From Eledone cirrhosa (lineage: Eukaryota), in NCBI GenBank assembly GCA_964016885.1, contig OZ024741.1, positions 4,960,001-5,024,000 of the forward strand: a DNA stretch of 64,000 bases. The letters run 5' to 3'. Of the stretch, positions 13,250 to 27,841 are shown one piece after another. The notes beneath the pieces were generated by a model. The model was not told the origin of the DNA. It saw only the letters and a list, made by a program, of their open reading frames with translations, and made no database searches. How positions within the stretch are numbered: position 1 is the stretch's first letter; each line of letters opens with the position of its first letter. Made by a program: the position numbers and the translations under genes.

Positions 13250-14171
13250 CACGATCTATACGTGGATATTTACGTTTTGATGTGGGAGCTAAGTATATGT
13301 TTTGTTTATTCCTTTACTTTTTGCATAGGTAAGTATATATTACCCGTATGTTTTGTGAAGGTATATATACCTTCTCGTACGTATATTTGACTGTTTTGGC
13401 GTATAATTTTTACATATTCTGGTATTTAGGGCTTGGTTATGTGTATATGTGAGTTTTGCGTCTGCGTGAGTATGCAGGTTCGTACGTATGGTGGGTGTGT
13501 GTATATGTGTACTTCTTGTTTTAGTTGACTTACGTCTCCGAACCTTCATGTATTTATTTGTAGGTATGTGTGTGCGCTTGTTATATACGTATTTATTTAC
13601 TTATATACGTTTATATAATTATTTATTTATTTGTACACAAGCATACACACATACACATATTTATATGTGCGTGGTTTTGTATACCTATGGTAAGGTTTTG
13701 CGTATGCTTGTGTATGTACGTATCTGTTTGCGTGTATGTATTTATTTGTTCCTATTACTTCTGTATTGTATTTATTTACTTTGTTATTAACTCTGTAGCG
13801 GGGATTCATTCGGTCTCCTAGTTAGCATTTTAGTCTACGACTTCTGCTATACCATTTACGTGGTCTTGTCTTTGCACGCTATTGTTCTCCACGCTCCACA
13901 TATGACTTATTATCGTTTTTTCGTTCATTGCCAGAGAACGTCTCTATGCACCACTTAGAGAACTTTAGTCTACGACCTCTCTTATACCATAAACGTGGTT
14001 CTGTCCTTGCACGTAATTGTTTTTCACCGCTCCTATTAATGACGTATTATTCGTTTTTTCCCGTTCTTTGCCAGCGAACGTCACCATGAACCAAAGTATC
14101 GTCTTCCTGTCTTCCTCCAGTTGCAACGTTTTTTGAAATATCCAGTTCTGCGTTTACAGATTGACTTTGTT

Positions 14172-14222
14172 AGTTTCAGAAGATCCCGTTAAGGGTGAAA
14201 GCAGCGATTCTTTGCTTAAACT
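14172..14222 (+). ncRNA. Hammerhead motif, CAGAAGA core variant (mirror copy 11330-11380 on -)
   Basis: agttt-CAGAAGA-tccc(gttaa)gggt-GAAA-gca(gcgattctt)tgc-TT-aaact. All three stems can form. Confidence 0.7.
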
Positions 14223-14238
14223 TTAATCTGTTATTTTA

Positions 14239-14331
<93 letters not shown>

Positions 14332-14507
14332 AATATATATATAAATATATATACATATATATATATATAAATATATATATATATGTATATATATAAATAT
14401 ATATAGGTGGAGGTTATAGTTCACTTGAAGCATTGTGTAATGAGGTATAAACGTTTGAATATGTGTAATAAAGCCAAAACAATGCAGGTATGGACATGGA
14501 AAAAAAA

Positions 14508-15157
<650 letters not shown>

Positions 15158-15161
<4 letters not shown>

Positions 15162-15582
15162 AACAAAAGATGGTTAAAAGAGTTCCATGTATTTTATTAT
15201 GCGCATTTCAAAAACAAATATCATCATGCAATAATATTTGTATTTTCATCAGATAAAACAGGAAGACATGATATGAAGGTTAAAAAACACTTGTGGATAG
15301 TGCAGTTTTAAATCAACATATCATTTAATTAATGTTGATTTAAAACTGCACTATCTACAAGTGTTTTTTAACCTTCATATCATGTCTTCTTGTTTTATCT
15401 GATGAAAACACAAATATTATTGTATGATGATATTTGTTTTTGAAATGCGCATAATAAAATACATGGAACTCTTTTAACCATCTTTTGTTCTTATATATTA
15501 TGTATACTCCAGTCCTACAAACTGTAGAGTGCTTCTTATCCGATATCTGCATTGCTTTATTGTACTACAATAAAACTCACCT

Positions 15583-15585
<3 letters not shown>
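15158..15585. repeat. Fold-back (~165-bp arms, apex ~15325) plus ~90-bp one-sided tail
   Basis: 15158-15319 is the reverse complement of 15332-15495, with few mismatches. Confidence 0.9.
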
Positions 15586-15635
<50 letters not shown>

Positions 15636-15638
<3 letters not shown>

Positions 15639-18600
15639 AATATAGACATAGAATATTCGAAAATATTCTGTATGTTTATAATAAACATTTTGAAGACCTA
15701 ATCGCTATAGAATAGAATACGTCACGTATTACAATTAGATTCTCGATAAAAGCAAGGGAAGTAAATCTACGCGTTTCATTCTTATTAGAAATCGTCAGGA
15801 CTACATATCCAGTGCTTTTATCGAGAATGACACAGCTAGAGACTTATAGAATACTTAGCTGTGTACAGGAACTGGTTTGAAAGAGCGGTTGCCGGTCCGG
15901 CAGAAATTAGAAATTGGAATAAATGCTCTGAAATAGCGATATATATGTGAATATAGACATAGAATATTCGAAAATATTCTGTATGTTTATAATAAACATT
16001 TTGAAGACCTAATCGCTATAGAATAGAATACGTCACGTATTACAATTAGATTCTCGATAAAAGCAAGGGAAGTAAATCTACGCGTTTCATTCTTATTAGA
16101 AATCGTCAGGACTACATATCCAGTGCTTTTATCGAGAATGACACAGCTAGAGACTTATAGAATACTTAGCTGTGTACAGGAACTGGTTTGAAAGAGCGGT
16201 TGCCGGTCCGGCAGAAATTAGAAATTGGAATAAATGCTCTGAAATAGCGATATATATGTGAATATAGACATAGAATATTCGAAAATATTCTGTATGTTTA
16301 TAATAAACATTTTGAAGACCTAATCGCTATAGAATAGAATACGTCACGTATTACAATTAGATTCTCGATAAAAGCAAGGGAAGTAAATCTACGCGTTTCA
16401 TTCTTATTAGAAATCGTCAGGACTACATATCCAGTGCTTTTATCGAGAATGACACAGCTAGAGACTTATAGAATACTTAGCTGTGTACAGGAACTGGTTT
16501 GAAAGAGCGGTTGCCGGTCCGGCAGAAATTAGAAATTGGAATAAATGCTCTGAAATAGCGATATATATGTGAATATAGACATAGAATATTCGAAAATATT
16601 CTGTATGTTTATAATAAACATTTTGAAGACCTAATCGCTATAGAATAGAATACGTCACGTATTACAATTAGATTCTCGATAAAAGCAAGGGAAGTAAATC
16701 TACGCGTTTCATTCTTATTAGAAATCGTCAGGACTACATATCCAGTGCTTTTATCGAGAATGACACAGCTAGAGACTTATAGAATACTTAGCTGTGTACA
16801 GGAACTGGTTTGAAAGAGCGGTTGCCGGTCCGGCAGAAATTAGAAATTGGAATAAATGCTCTGAAATAGCGATATATATGTGAATATAGACATAGAATAT
16901 TCGAAAATATTCTGTATGTTTATAATAAACATTTTGAAGACCTAATCGCTATAGAATAGAATACGTCACGTATTACAATTAGATTCTCGATAAAAGCAAG
17001 GGAAGTAAATCTACGCGTTTCATTCTTATTAGAAATCGTCAGGACTACATATCCAGTGCTTTTATCGAGAATGACACAGCTAGAGACTTATAGAATACTT
17101 AGCTGTGTACAGGAACTGGTTTGAAAGAGCGGTTGCCGGTCCGGCAGAAATTAGAAATTGGAATAAATGCTCTGAAATAGCGATATATATGTGAATATAG
17201 ACATAGAATATTCGAAAATATTCTGTATGTTTATAATAAACATTTTGAAGACCTAATCGCTATAGAATAGAATACGTCACGTATTACAATTAGATTCTCG
17301 ATAAAAGCAAGGGAAGTAAATCTACGCGTTTCATTCTTATTAGAAATCGTCAGGACTACATATCCAGTGCTTTTATCGAGAATGACACAGCTAGAGACTT
17401 ATAGAATACTTAGCTGTGTACAGGAACTGGTTTGAAAGAGCGGTTGCCGGTCCGGCAGAAATTAGAAATTGGAATAAATGCTCTGAAATAGCGATATATA
17501 TGTGAATATAGACATAGAATATTCGAAAATATTCTGTATGTTTATAATAAACATTTTGAAGACCTAATCGCTATAGAATAGAATACGTCACGTATTACAA
17601 TTAGATTCTCGATAAAAGCAAGGGAAGTAAATCTACGCGTTTCATTCTTATTAGAAATCGTCAGGACTACATATCCAGTGCTTTTATCGAGAATGACACA
17701 GCTAGAGACTTATAGAATACTTAGCTGTGTACAGGAACTGGTTTGAAAGAGCGGTTGCCGGTCCGGCAGAAATTAGAAATTGGAATAAATGCTCTGAAAT
17801 AGCGATATATATGTGAATATAGACATAGAATATTCGAAAATATTCTGTATGTTTATAATAAACATTTTGAAGACCTAATCGCTATAGAATAGAATACGTC
17901 ACGTATTACAATTAGATTCTCGATAAAAGCAAGGGAAGTAAATCTACGCGTTTCATTCTTATTAGAAATCGTCAGGACTACATATCCAGTGCTTTTATCG
18001 AGAATGACACAGCTAGAGACTTATAGAATACTTAGCTGTGTACAGGAACTGGTTTGAAAGAGCGGTTGCCGGTCCGGCAGAAATTAGAAATTGGAATAAA
18101 TGCTCTGAAATAGCGATATATATGTGAATATAGACATAGAATATTCGAAAATATTCTGTATGTTTATAATAAACATTTTGAAGACCTAATCGCTATAGAA
18201 TAGAATACGTCACGTATTACAATTAGATTCTCGATAAAAGCAAGGGAAGTAAATCTACGCGTTTCATTCTTATTAGAAATCGTCAGGACTACATATCCAG
18301 TGCTTTTATCGAGAATGACACAGCTAGAGACTTATAGAATACTTAGCTGTGTACAGGAACTGGTTTGAAAGAGCGGTTGCCGGTCCGGCAGAAATTAGAA
18401 ATTGGAATAAATGCTCTGAAATAGCGATATATATGTGAATATAGACATAGAATATTCGAAAATATTCTGTATGTTTATAATAAACATTTTGAAGACCTAA
18501 TCGCTATAGAATAGAATACGTCACGTATTACAATTAGATTCTCGATAAAAGCAAGGGAAGTAAATCTACGCGTTTCATTCTTATTAGAAATCGTCAGGAC

Positions 18601-20418
18601 TACATATCCAGTGCTTTTATCGAGAATGACACAGCTAGAGACTTATAGAATACTTAGCTGTGTACAGGAACTGGTTTGAAAGAGCGGTTGCCGGTCCGGC
18701 AGAAATTAGAAATTGGAATAAATGCTCTGAAATAGCGATATATATGTGAATATAGACATAGAATATTCGAAAATATTCTGTATGTTTATAAACATACAGA
18801 ATATTTTCGAATATTCTATGTCTATATTCACATATATATCGCTATTTCAGAGCATTTATTCCAATTTCTAATTTCTGCCGGACCGGCAACCGCTCTTTCA
18901 AACCAGTTCCTGTACACAGCTAAGTATTCTATAAGTCTCTAGCTGTGTCATTCTCGATAAAAGCACTGGATATGTAGTCCTGACGATTTCTAATAAGAAT
19001 GAAACGCGTAGATTTACTTCCCTTGCTTTTATCGAGAATCTAATTGTAATACGTGACGTATTCTATTCTATAGCGATTAGGTCTTCAAAATGTTTATTAT
19101 AAACATACAGAATATTTTCGAATATTCTATGTCTATATTCACATATATATCGCTATTTCAGAGCATTTATTCCAATTTCTAATTTCTGCCGGACCGGCAA
19201 CCGCTCTTTCAAACCAGTTCCTGTACACAGCTAAGTATTCTATAAGTCTCTAGCTGTGTCATTCTCGATAAAAGCACTGGATATGTAGTCCTGACGATTT
19301 CTAATAAGAATGAAACGCGTAGATTTACTTCCCTTGCTTTTATCGAGAATCTAATTGTAATACGTGACGTATTCTATTCTATAGCGATTAGGTCTTCAAA
19401 ATGTTTATTATAAACATACAGAATATTTTCGAATATTCTATGTCTATATTCACATATATATCGCTATTTCAGAGCATTTATTCCAATTTCTAATTTCTGC
19501 CGGACCGGCAACCGCTCTTTCAAACCAGTTCCTGTACACAGCTAAGTATTCTATAAGTCTCTAGCTGTGTCATTCTCGATAAAAGCACTGGATATGTAGT
19601 CCTGACGATTTCTAATAAGAATGAAACGCGTAGATTTACTTCCCTTGCTTTTATCGAGAATCTAATTGTAATACGTGACGTATTCTATTCTATAGCGATT
19701 AGGTCTTCAAAATGTTTATTATAAACATACAGAATATTTTCGAATATTCTATGTCTATATTCACATATATATCGCTATTTCAGAGCATTTATTCCAATTT
19801 CTAATTTCTGCCGGACCGGCAACCGCTCTTTCAAACCAGTTCCTGTACACAGCTAAGTATTCTATAAGTCTCTAGCTGTGTCATTCTCGATAAAAGCACT
19901 GGATATGTAGTCCTGACGATTTCTAATAAGAATGAAACGCGTAGATTTACTTCCCTTGCTTTTATCGAGAATCTAATTGTAATACGTGACGTATTCTATT
20001 CTATAGCGATTAGGTCTTCAAAATGTTTATTATAAACATACAGAATATTTTCGAATATTCTATGTCTATATTCACATATATATCGCTATTTCAGAGCATT
20101 TATTCCAATTTCTAATTTCTGCCGGACCGGCAACCGCTCTTTCAAACCAGTTCCTGTACACAGCTAAGTATTCTATAAGTCTCTAGCTGTGTCATTCTCG
20201 ATAAAAGCACTGGATATGTAGTCCTGACGATTTCTAATAAGAATGAAACGCGTAGATTTACTTCCCTTGCTTTTATCGAGAATCTAATTGTAATACGTGA
20301 CGTATTCTATTCTATAGCGATTAGGTCTTCAAAATGTTTATTATAAACATACAGAATATTTTCGAATATTCTATGTCTATATTCACATATATATCGCTAT
20401 TTCAGAGCATTTATTCCA

Positions 20419-20420
<2 letters not shown>
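15636..20420. repeat. Palindromic tandem array of a 311-bp hammerhead-containing monomer (retrozyme-like)
   Basis: Unit starts at 15636, 15947, 16258 ... 18746. The array inverts at 18788/18789 and continues for ~5.2 units to 20420. Confidence 0.95.
18976..19014 (+). ncRNA. Minimal type-I hammerhead of the 311-bp monomer (5 copies on +, 10 on -, first at 15764-15802)
   Basis: agtc-CTGACGA-tttct(aata)agaat-GAAA-cgcg-TA-gatt, with a palindromic loop 3 (ACGCGT). Confidence 0.88.
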
Positions 20421-20452
<32 letters not shown>

Positions 20453-20453
20453 G

Positions 20454-20489
<36 letters not shown>

Positions 20490-20492
20490 AAT

Positions 20493-20537
<45 letters not shown>

Positions 20538-20540
20538 TAT

Positions 20541-20590
20541 AAGTATGTATGTATACGACATACATATATGTATACAGACGTACAGTAGCA

Positions 20591-20660
<70 letters not shown>

Positions 20661-21089
20661 CAGGTACACATACATATATGTACGTATCAGTTTAGCGGAC
20701 GTTTATTATAACGCCCGCTTTGTCCGTTTGTAAACAAACTGACAGCCTGAATTTATGCCGTACGGTGTTAAGGCAACCACGTCACCTTTTTGTTCAACAC
20801 TGACACAGGAACGATGTACCAGTTTCAAGCTTCTTAGCTATCATCAGCACCGCATACCCTTCTGCCAGATGGTTGAACGTTTGAAAGTATATACTTTCCT
20901 TATGAAAATCAACGGTTGAGCAGCCCAATTTGCATATCGAGTGAGTTCAGTCGGCCAGGCGCACCGAAAACGATAAGTTGTAATAAAATGAAAACGAAAT
21001 TTCATTTCTCACTCTTAGTACGGCACTTACTTAAATGTAAGTATGTATGTATACGTACATACATATATGTATACAGACGTACAGTAGCA

Positions 21090-21176
<87 letters not shown>

Positions 21177-21270
21177 GTACACATACATATATGTACGTAT
21201 CAGTTTAGCGGACGTTTATTTGCCGTACTAAGAGTGAGAAATGAAATTTAGTTTTCATTTTATTACAACT
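20541..21270 (-). mobile_element. Non-coding ~500-bp-period element (1.4 copies) with a hammerhead at 20812-20852 and a short inverted end
   Basis: 20541-20707 repeats at 21039-21220. 21221-21270 is the reverse complement of ~20975-21025. HHR: cggtg-CTGATGA-tagct(aaga)agctt-GAAA-ctgg-TA-catcg. Confidence 0.8.
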
Positions 21271-21273
21271 ATA

Positions 21274-21475
<202 letters not shown>

Positions 21476-21485
21476 TATATATATA

Positions 21486-21529
<44 letters not shown>

Positions 21530-21567
21530 TATAAATATATATATATATATAAATATATATATATATA

Positions 21568-22635
21568 TTGAGCAATGATCATTGCTCAAAGTAATGAATT
21601 AAAAGGCTTAATCACAGATCGATCTTTGACTCTTAGTAAAAGACAGCCAAAAAATTTGAAGCAATTGCTAACAAAAGCAAAGTTTGACCTTAACAACAAA
21701 GACCAATCATTCACTGTATCTAAATGCAATGATAATCGATGCGGCACATATCAATCCATACACGCCGGTCAATATATGAAAACAAAAACTGGAAAAATAT
21801 TCCCAAATGCAAATATGAACTGCAAAAGCAGAAATCTAATTTACTGCATTAAATGCCCGAATTGTGAAGAACTATATGTCGGTCAAACTGGAAATGCACT
21901 ATCGGAACGTGCACGGGTACACCGTCAACAAATCAGAGACCCAAATGTCCGTCAGATACCCCTAAGCGGCCACCTGGCAACATGTGGTCAGGGAATATTT
22001 ATAATATTCCCATTCTACAAATTACACAGCCCAAGTGAAATCAAGAGAAAAATCAAAGAAAAGAATTTTATTGATAAATTCAAACCCAAGCTAAATGAAC
22101 AATAATAACGCCTAGGGGTATTACTTCTACTACCACTATGACCACGACCACTAACAACAACAACAACAACAATAATAATAATAAAAGTGATGTTGATGGT
22201 GATGATTAATAGAAAATGCTATTTTCATCATTTCAAAAAGCAAAACAATTGATACGTTGGGTATGGCCATTGGTCGTTAGCATGCTCAACCAGCCGTGAC
22301 GCTTAAACCAATCAGCTGTAGTAATTCAGTGAAACTACACACTGATTGGTCGAAATACAGTTTACAGGGCTTTGCATTCTGGAGCCACTTTTCTCTGTAT
22401 AAAATGTATAAAAGGTAGTAAATTTACCCATCTCATTACAGTTGAAAATTGCAAACTCGACTGTCACCACATATCATGAACCTGAAGATTGCGAAAGCAT
22501 GAAAGTACTTGTTCAATTAACACTTAGAATTTAATATTCTATCATACTATTTCATTATAATACCATATTATATATATTTTAAAGGATTGTAAATAAAAGG
22601 AGTAAATCAGACAAAGTTGGAATTCCTCTTATTAA
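21568..22635 (+). mobile_element. Neptune-like PLE 3' fragment (GIY-YIG ORF 21575-22105 plus pLTR)
   Basis: KRQPKNLKQLL, KCNDNRCGT, NLIYCIKCPNCEELYVGQT, PKLN. HHR at 22477-22515: tgaac-CTGAAGA-ttgc(gaaa)gcat-GAAA-gtac-TT-gttca. Confidence 0.9.
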
Positions 22636-22637
22636 TA

Positions 22638-22835
<198 letters not shown>

Positions 22836-22882
22836 TAGAGAAGAAGTTTACGAAACGGAAATGCGGGTATAAATAATTTATT

Positions 22883-22999
22883 AGGTAACAATTGTTTCTA
22901 TAGTGTATGGGTTACCTATACCTCGCTATTTGAATAATATAAAAATATTATCATAAACCGAAGGTACACTGCAAGCAAACACACCATGTCGTCAGACCT
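22883..22999 (-). ncRNA. Hammerhead motif with a ~90-nt domain II
   Basis: aggt-CTGACGA-(90 nt)-GAAA-caattg-TT-acct, at the position where the other pLTR HHRs occur. Confidence 0.6.
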
Positions 23000-23409
23000 T
23001 TGTATTGGAATGATATGAAAATATTTTATACACTAGATAAAAGAGAAAGAAGGAGGTAGGAAGAGAAGGGGAAGAGGGAAGTGAGTAAGGGGGAGGGAGT
23101 CCTAGGATTTAAGATTGTCAGACTAGTAGAGATTGTAAGGAGAGAATGTTTTGGCAGCAGTTAACTTAATGAGGCGTGTTAGGGTTGGCGGTGGAAGTAA
23201 ATTCTTCTAGTGGTGTTGTTCGGACAAAATTTAGTTAAAGTGGTCAAAGTGGTATAGAGTTACAGACAAGTTATTGGGGCTATTATAGTAGCAGGTTATT
23301 TCTAAAGGGGTCCAGAAAACAGTGTTTAGTACTATTATTATAGAAAGCCATATCTTGTGTATAAACATATAAAACAGAAATTTGCAAACGGTGGTGTAAA
23401 AAGGTAACA

Positions 23410-25148
23410 TTATATGCATTTAAAAAAAGAAAAAGTCGTTTTCAAACGATGGTTACAGTATAGTGAACGTTCAATTTTGCTATTCAAAAGTTTGTTTACC
23501 GATGTTAAAATGCAGTATATCTCCAAATTGCATAATTTGCAGAATCGATGATTTTGCTTATATGCAGGCGCAGCGGAAATCATTTGCCAATCAAGGGAGA
23601 ATGCTTGATTGTTCCTCCGGAGCAGCCAGGCTTTATCGGCGAGGGTTGTTACGGAGCGTATTTTCTCGTTCTTGATCGAAGATCGATGTTGGTATAGGCG
23701 AGCTTTGAAAGAAGTTACGGTACATCCGACGTAATACCATTTGTTGGTTCCGGAATTTATTGTACATCGGTAGACAATATTGCGTGCTAGGCACTGGTTA
23801 TTTAGTGGGCACGTACCTGGTTTGGTGCAGTTACAATTATTTTTATGTTTTGCAGTAGAATCCTGGATAGTTTGGTGGGGTTGTAGTTGCGTGTTAGTGC
23901 GTTGTATGTTGCTATGTTGGTGCGCTGAGTCATTAGGGATGTACTTATTTAGTATTGCTGAGTTGAGTTTTTTAATTAGTTGCTCTATGTTAGGTGCAGT
24001 GGAGTATGAGAGTCTAATGGTGCGCGAGTTAAAGATTTTATAGTATTTATGTGAAGTTGTAAAGTGTTTATTGATTAGTGTATAGAATTGTGAGATAATC
24101 TTAGTGCTAATAGAAATATTGTACACGGGGTTATACCATATGTACTCTCTACGTCTGACTCTATTTGCTGGTTTGCACCTATTAGTATGCCTATTGATGT
24201 GTGTGTGTGGTGCAATACTAGTTCGACTTAGATGTGTTTTATTCATAGTACTTATGTGGTTATCGTCTAGATATTCTATTTTCTCGCAGTAACCAGCTTT
24301 TCTAAGTGCGTCATTATAATATTCAGCATGCTCGTTGAAGGTCTGCAAATTAGACGACAGTCGAGAGATCCTTATGGATATATTTTTAGGGATAGATTTA
24401 ATAATGGAATGGGGATGGTTCGATTTTACATTAACGTACTTGAGATTTTCATTAAGTTTGTGAAATGGCTCTATATTACCGTTATTAAGGTTGAAGGTGA
24501 CATCCAAGAAGTTGACCACCTTAAGATTGTGTTCGAAGGTAATATTAAGCCCTAGTTCTAAGAAAAGTTTCTTAATGGTTTTACGTCGCCTTTCTAGGTT
24601 TTGTTTGTTCATATTCTTGACTAATAGAAGTGTATCGTCGCGGTATATTCCGCCGTGGAGGTCCGTAAATTCGCTCTGGAGTCTGTGGGCTATATAGATC
24701 CCAACCATATCCGTGACCTCCGCCGAATCATTAGAACCCATCGTAATGTCGAATTCCGAGGGTCTATCTCTGCGGACTCAATAACTATTTTCAAAATGCA
24801 CTACTGTGCGTCTAGCTTCAAGTATAATATTAATTTCCTCGTTTGTGAGGTCCGAGTTAGTCTTAGCGAATGAGAGGGCCTTATGCAGGGTTTCGGGTGA
24901 AATAGGGGAATAGTATTCATCTATATCGAACTGAATAAAAGAAGATTTGTTTTTGTCCCTAATGTTATTGAACCATCTTATTGCCTGTTGAATATTACCC
25001 CATAATTTAATATCTACCTTAGCCTTAACTTGGGGGATAATACGATCTAATATGTACTTACTAATTCTACCTATATCGGACTTTGAAGGACATATTAATC
25101 TAATTTTAGGGTTAGTATCGAAGTTATCCTTATGGTCCATCAGATTAA

Positions 25149-25149
<1 letters not shown>
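23410..25149 (-). pseudogene. Naiad-like RT/GIY-YIG ORF with one in-frame TGA (24778-24780)
   Basis: Track ORFs 24778-25140 and 23410-24741 are in frame (..HFENSY*VRRDRPSEFDITMGS..). Motifs: GIYRDD, CNCTKPGTCPL, NIVYRC..YVGCT. Confidence 0.9.
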
Positions 25150-25233
<84 letters not shown>

Positions 25234-25271
25234 TATATATATATATATTTATATTTATATATATATATATT

Positions 25272-25365
<94 letters not shown>

Positions 25366-25983
25366 TGGAAAATGTGTGTAATCCTTGGTACAGTTAGGTA
25401 TATTAAGACAGGGGGGAAGAAAAAATGGCTTCACTTGTGCTTTCAACAAATTTATTTTCTTCACAAAACAAAAAAGAATTTTTTTCCGGATTAGAAAATA
25501 AATTTTTTTTCTTAAAAAAAATTTATTTTATAAATTAAGTTAGGTCTTAGGAGTTCTTGGTTAACGTAGGAGGTATTGTTTCGTTTTTAGAACGACCTTT
25601 CACGCTGAGGTGCGCTTGTCAAACTGATGTGTATGTGGTGTGTTGTTCGATATATAGGGATTTGACATGTCTGTTGTGTAGTGGGTTTTTTTTCCCCTTT
25701 TTAATAAGTGTATGGGTGTAGGTGTGTTGAAAAAGTGTTAATAGCAGTAATGAGTTGAGACGGTGAGTAGGGTTGGATGGGGAGAAATGTAGCAAGTGCG
25801 GCCTGCCCCGGTCATTCTCGAAAAATTCCTTTATTCAGGGGATTCCTTTGTGTTGAGAATGGTCACAGGCAAATCGCACCTGCCAAGTTTGTAAACAATT
25901 ATTTTTTTCTGAAGAATTTTTCTACGTCCATCCCAAAATTAGTCCTTTGTTCAACACACACATATGTGCGCATATACGTACAT

Positions 25984-27140
<1,157 letters not shown>

Positions 27141-27142
<2 letters not shown>

Positions 27143-27335
27143 GTTATTCCGGGTTGAATCGGAGGTAACCACAGTAAGTAAGGTACTCAATACATTGCAG
27201 AGTATAAAAGTTTTAATATAGATGAGATTCTACAGGACTAGAACTGTTTCATTCTTTAGAAATCATCAGGGGATTCCTAATGATTTCTAAAGAATGAAAC
27301 AGTTCTAGTCCTGTAGAATCTCATCTATATTAAAA

Positions 27336-27338
<3 letters not shown>
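27141..27338. mobile_element. Small fold-back of a pLTR-like end containing a hammerhead motif
   Basis: 27208-27270 pairs with 27276-27338. The minus strand reads CTGATGA-tttctaaagaat-GAAA-cagttc-TA. Confidence 0.75.
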
Positions 27339-27364
<26 letters not shown>

Positions 27365-27372
<8 letters not shown>

Positions 27373-27426
27373 TGCCCCCTCGTTATCGAGTATGGCCATT
27401 GCACAATAAAAAAAAAAAAAAAAAAA

Positions 27427-27492
<66 letters not shown>

Positions 27493-27523
27493 AATAAATA
27501 AAAAAAAAAAAAAAAAAAAAAAG

Positions 27524-27556
<33 letters not shown>

Positions 27557-27678
27557 TATACATATATACATATATACACATACATATACACACACACATA
27601 CATACACATACATACATATATACACACACACATACATACACATACACTCACACATATATACACACATACATTAATAAC

Positions 27679-27724
<46 letters not shown>

Positions 27725-27803
27725 GCAATAATAATAATAACGACAACAACAATAATAATATACATATTCATATATATATACACACACACGCACGCACATA
27801 AGC

Positions 27804-27841
<38 letters not shown>

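Larger units (their letters stand above)
11222..14243 (+). mobile_element. Naiad-like PLE, 5'-truncated, with an inverted pLTR at its 5' end
   Basis: ~11309-11697 is the reverse complement of ~13858-14243. The ORF lies between them and (TA)n flanks both ends. Confidence 0.92.

Noticed and set aside
15636-20420. CRISPR array or ordinary satellite
   Set aside because: No unique spacers and no cas genes in a eukaryotic context; the ribozyme, inversion and TA flanks fit a retro-transcribed concatemer better.
24778-24780. In-frame TGA as selenocysteine (reported for some Naiad PLEs)
   Set aside because: It aligns with Trp in the two related ORFs here (DELWTRK, DSIWIKK), so a TGG-to-TGA nonsense change is simpler. 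The Cys motifs use ordinary codons and no SECIS was recognised.
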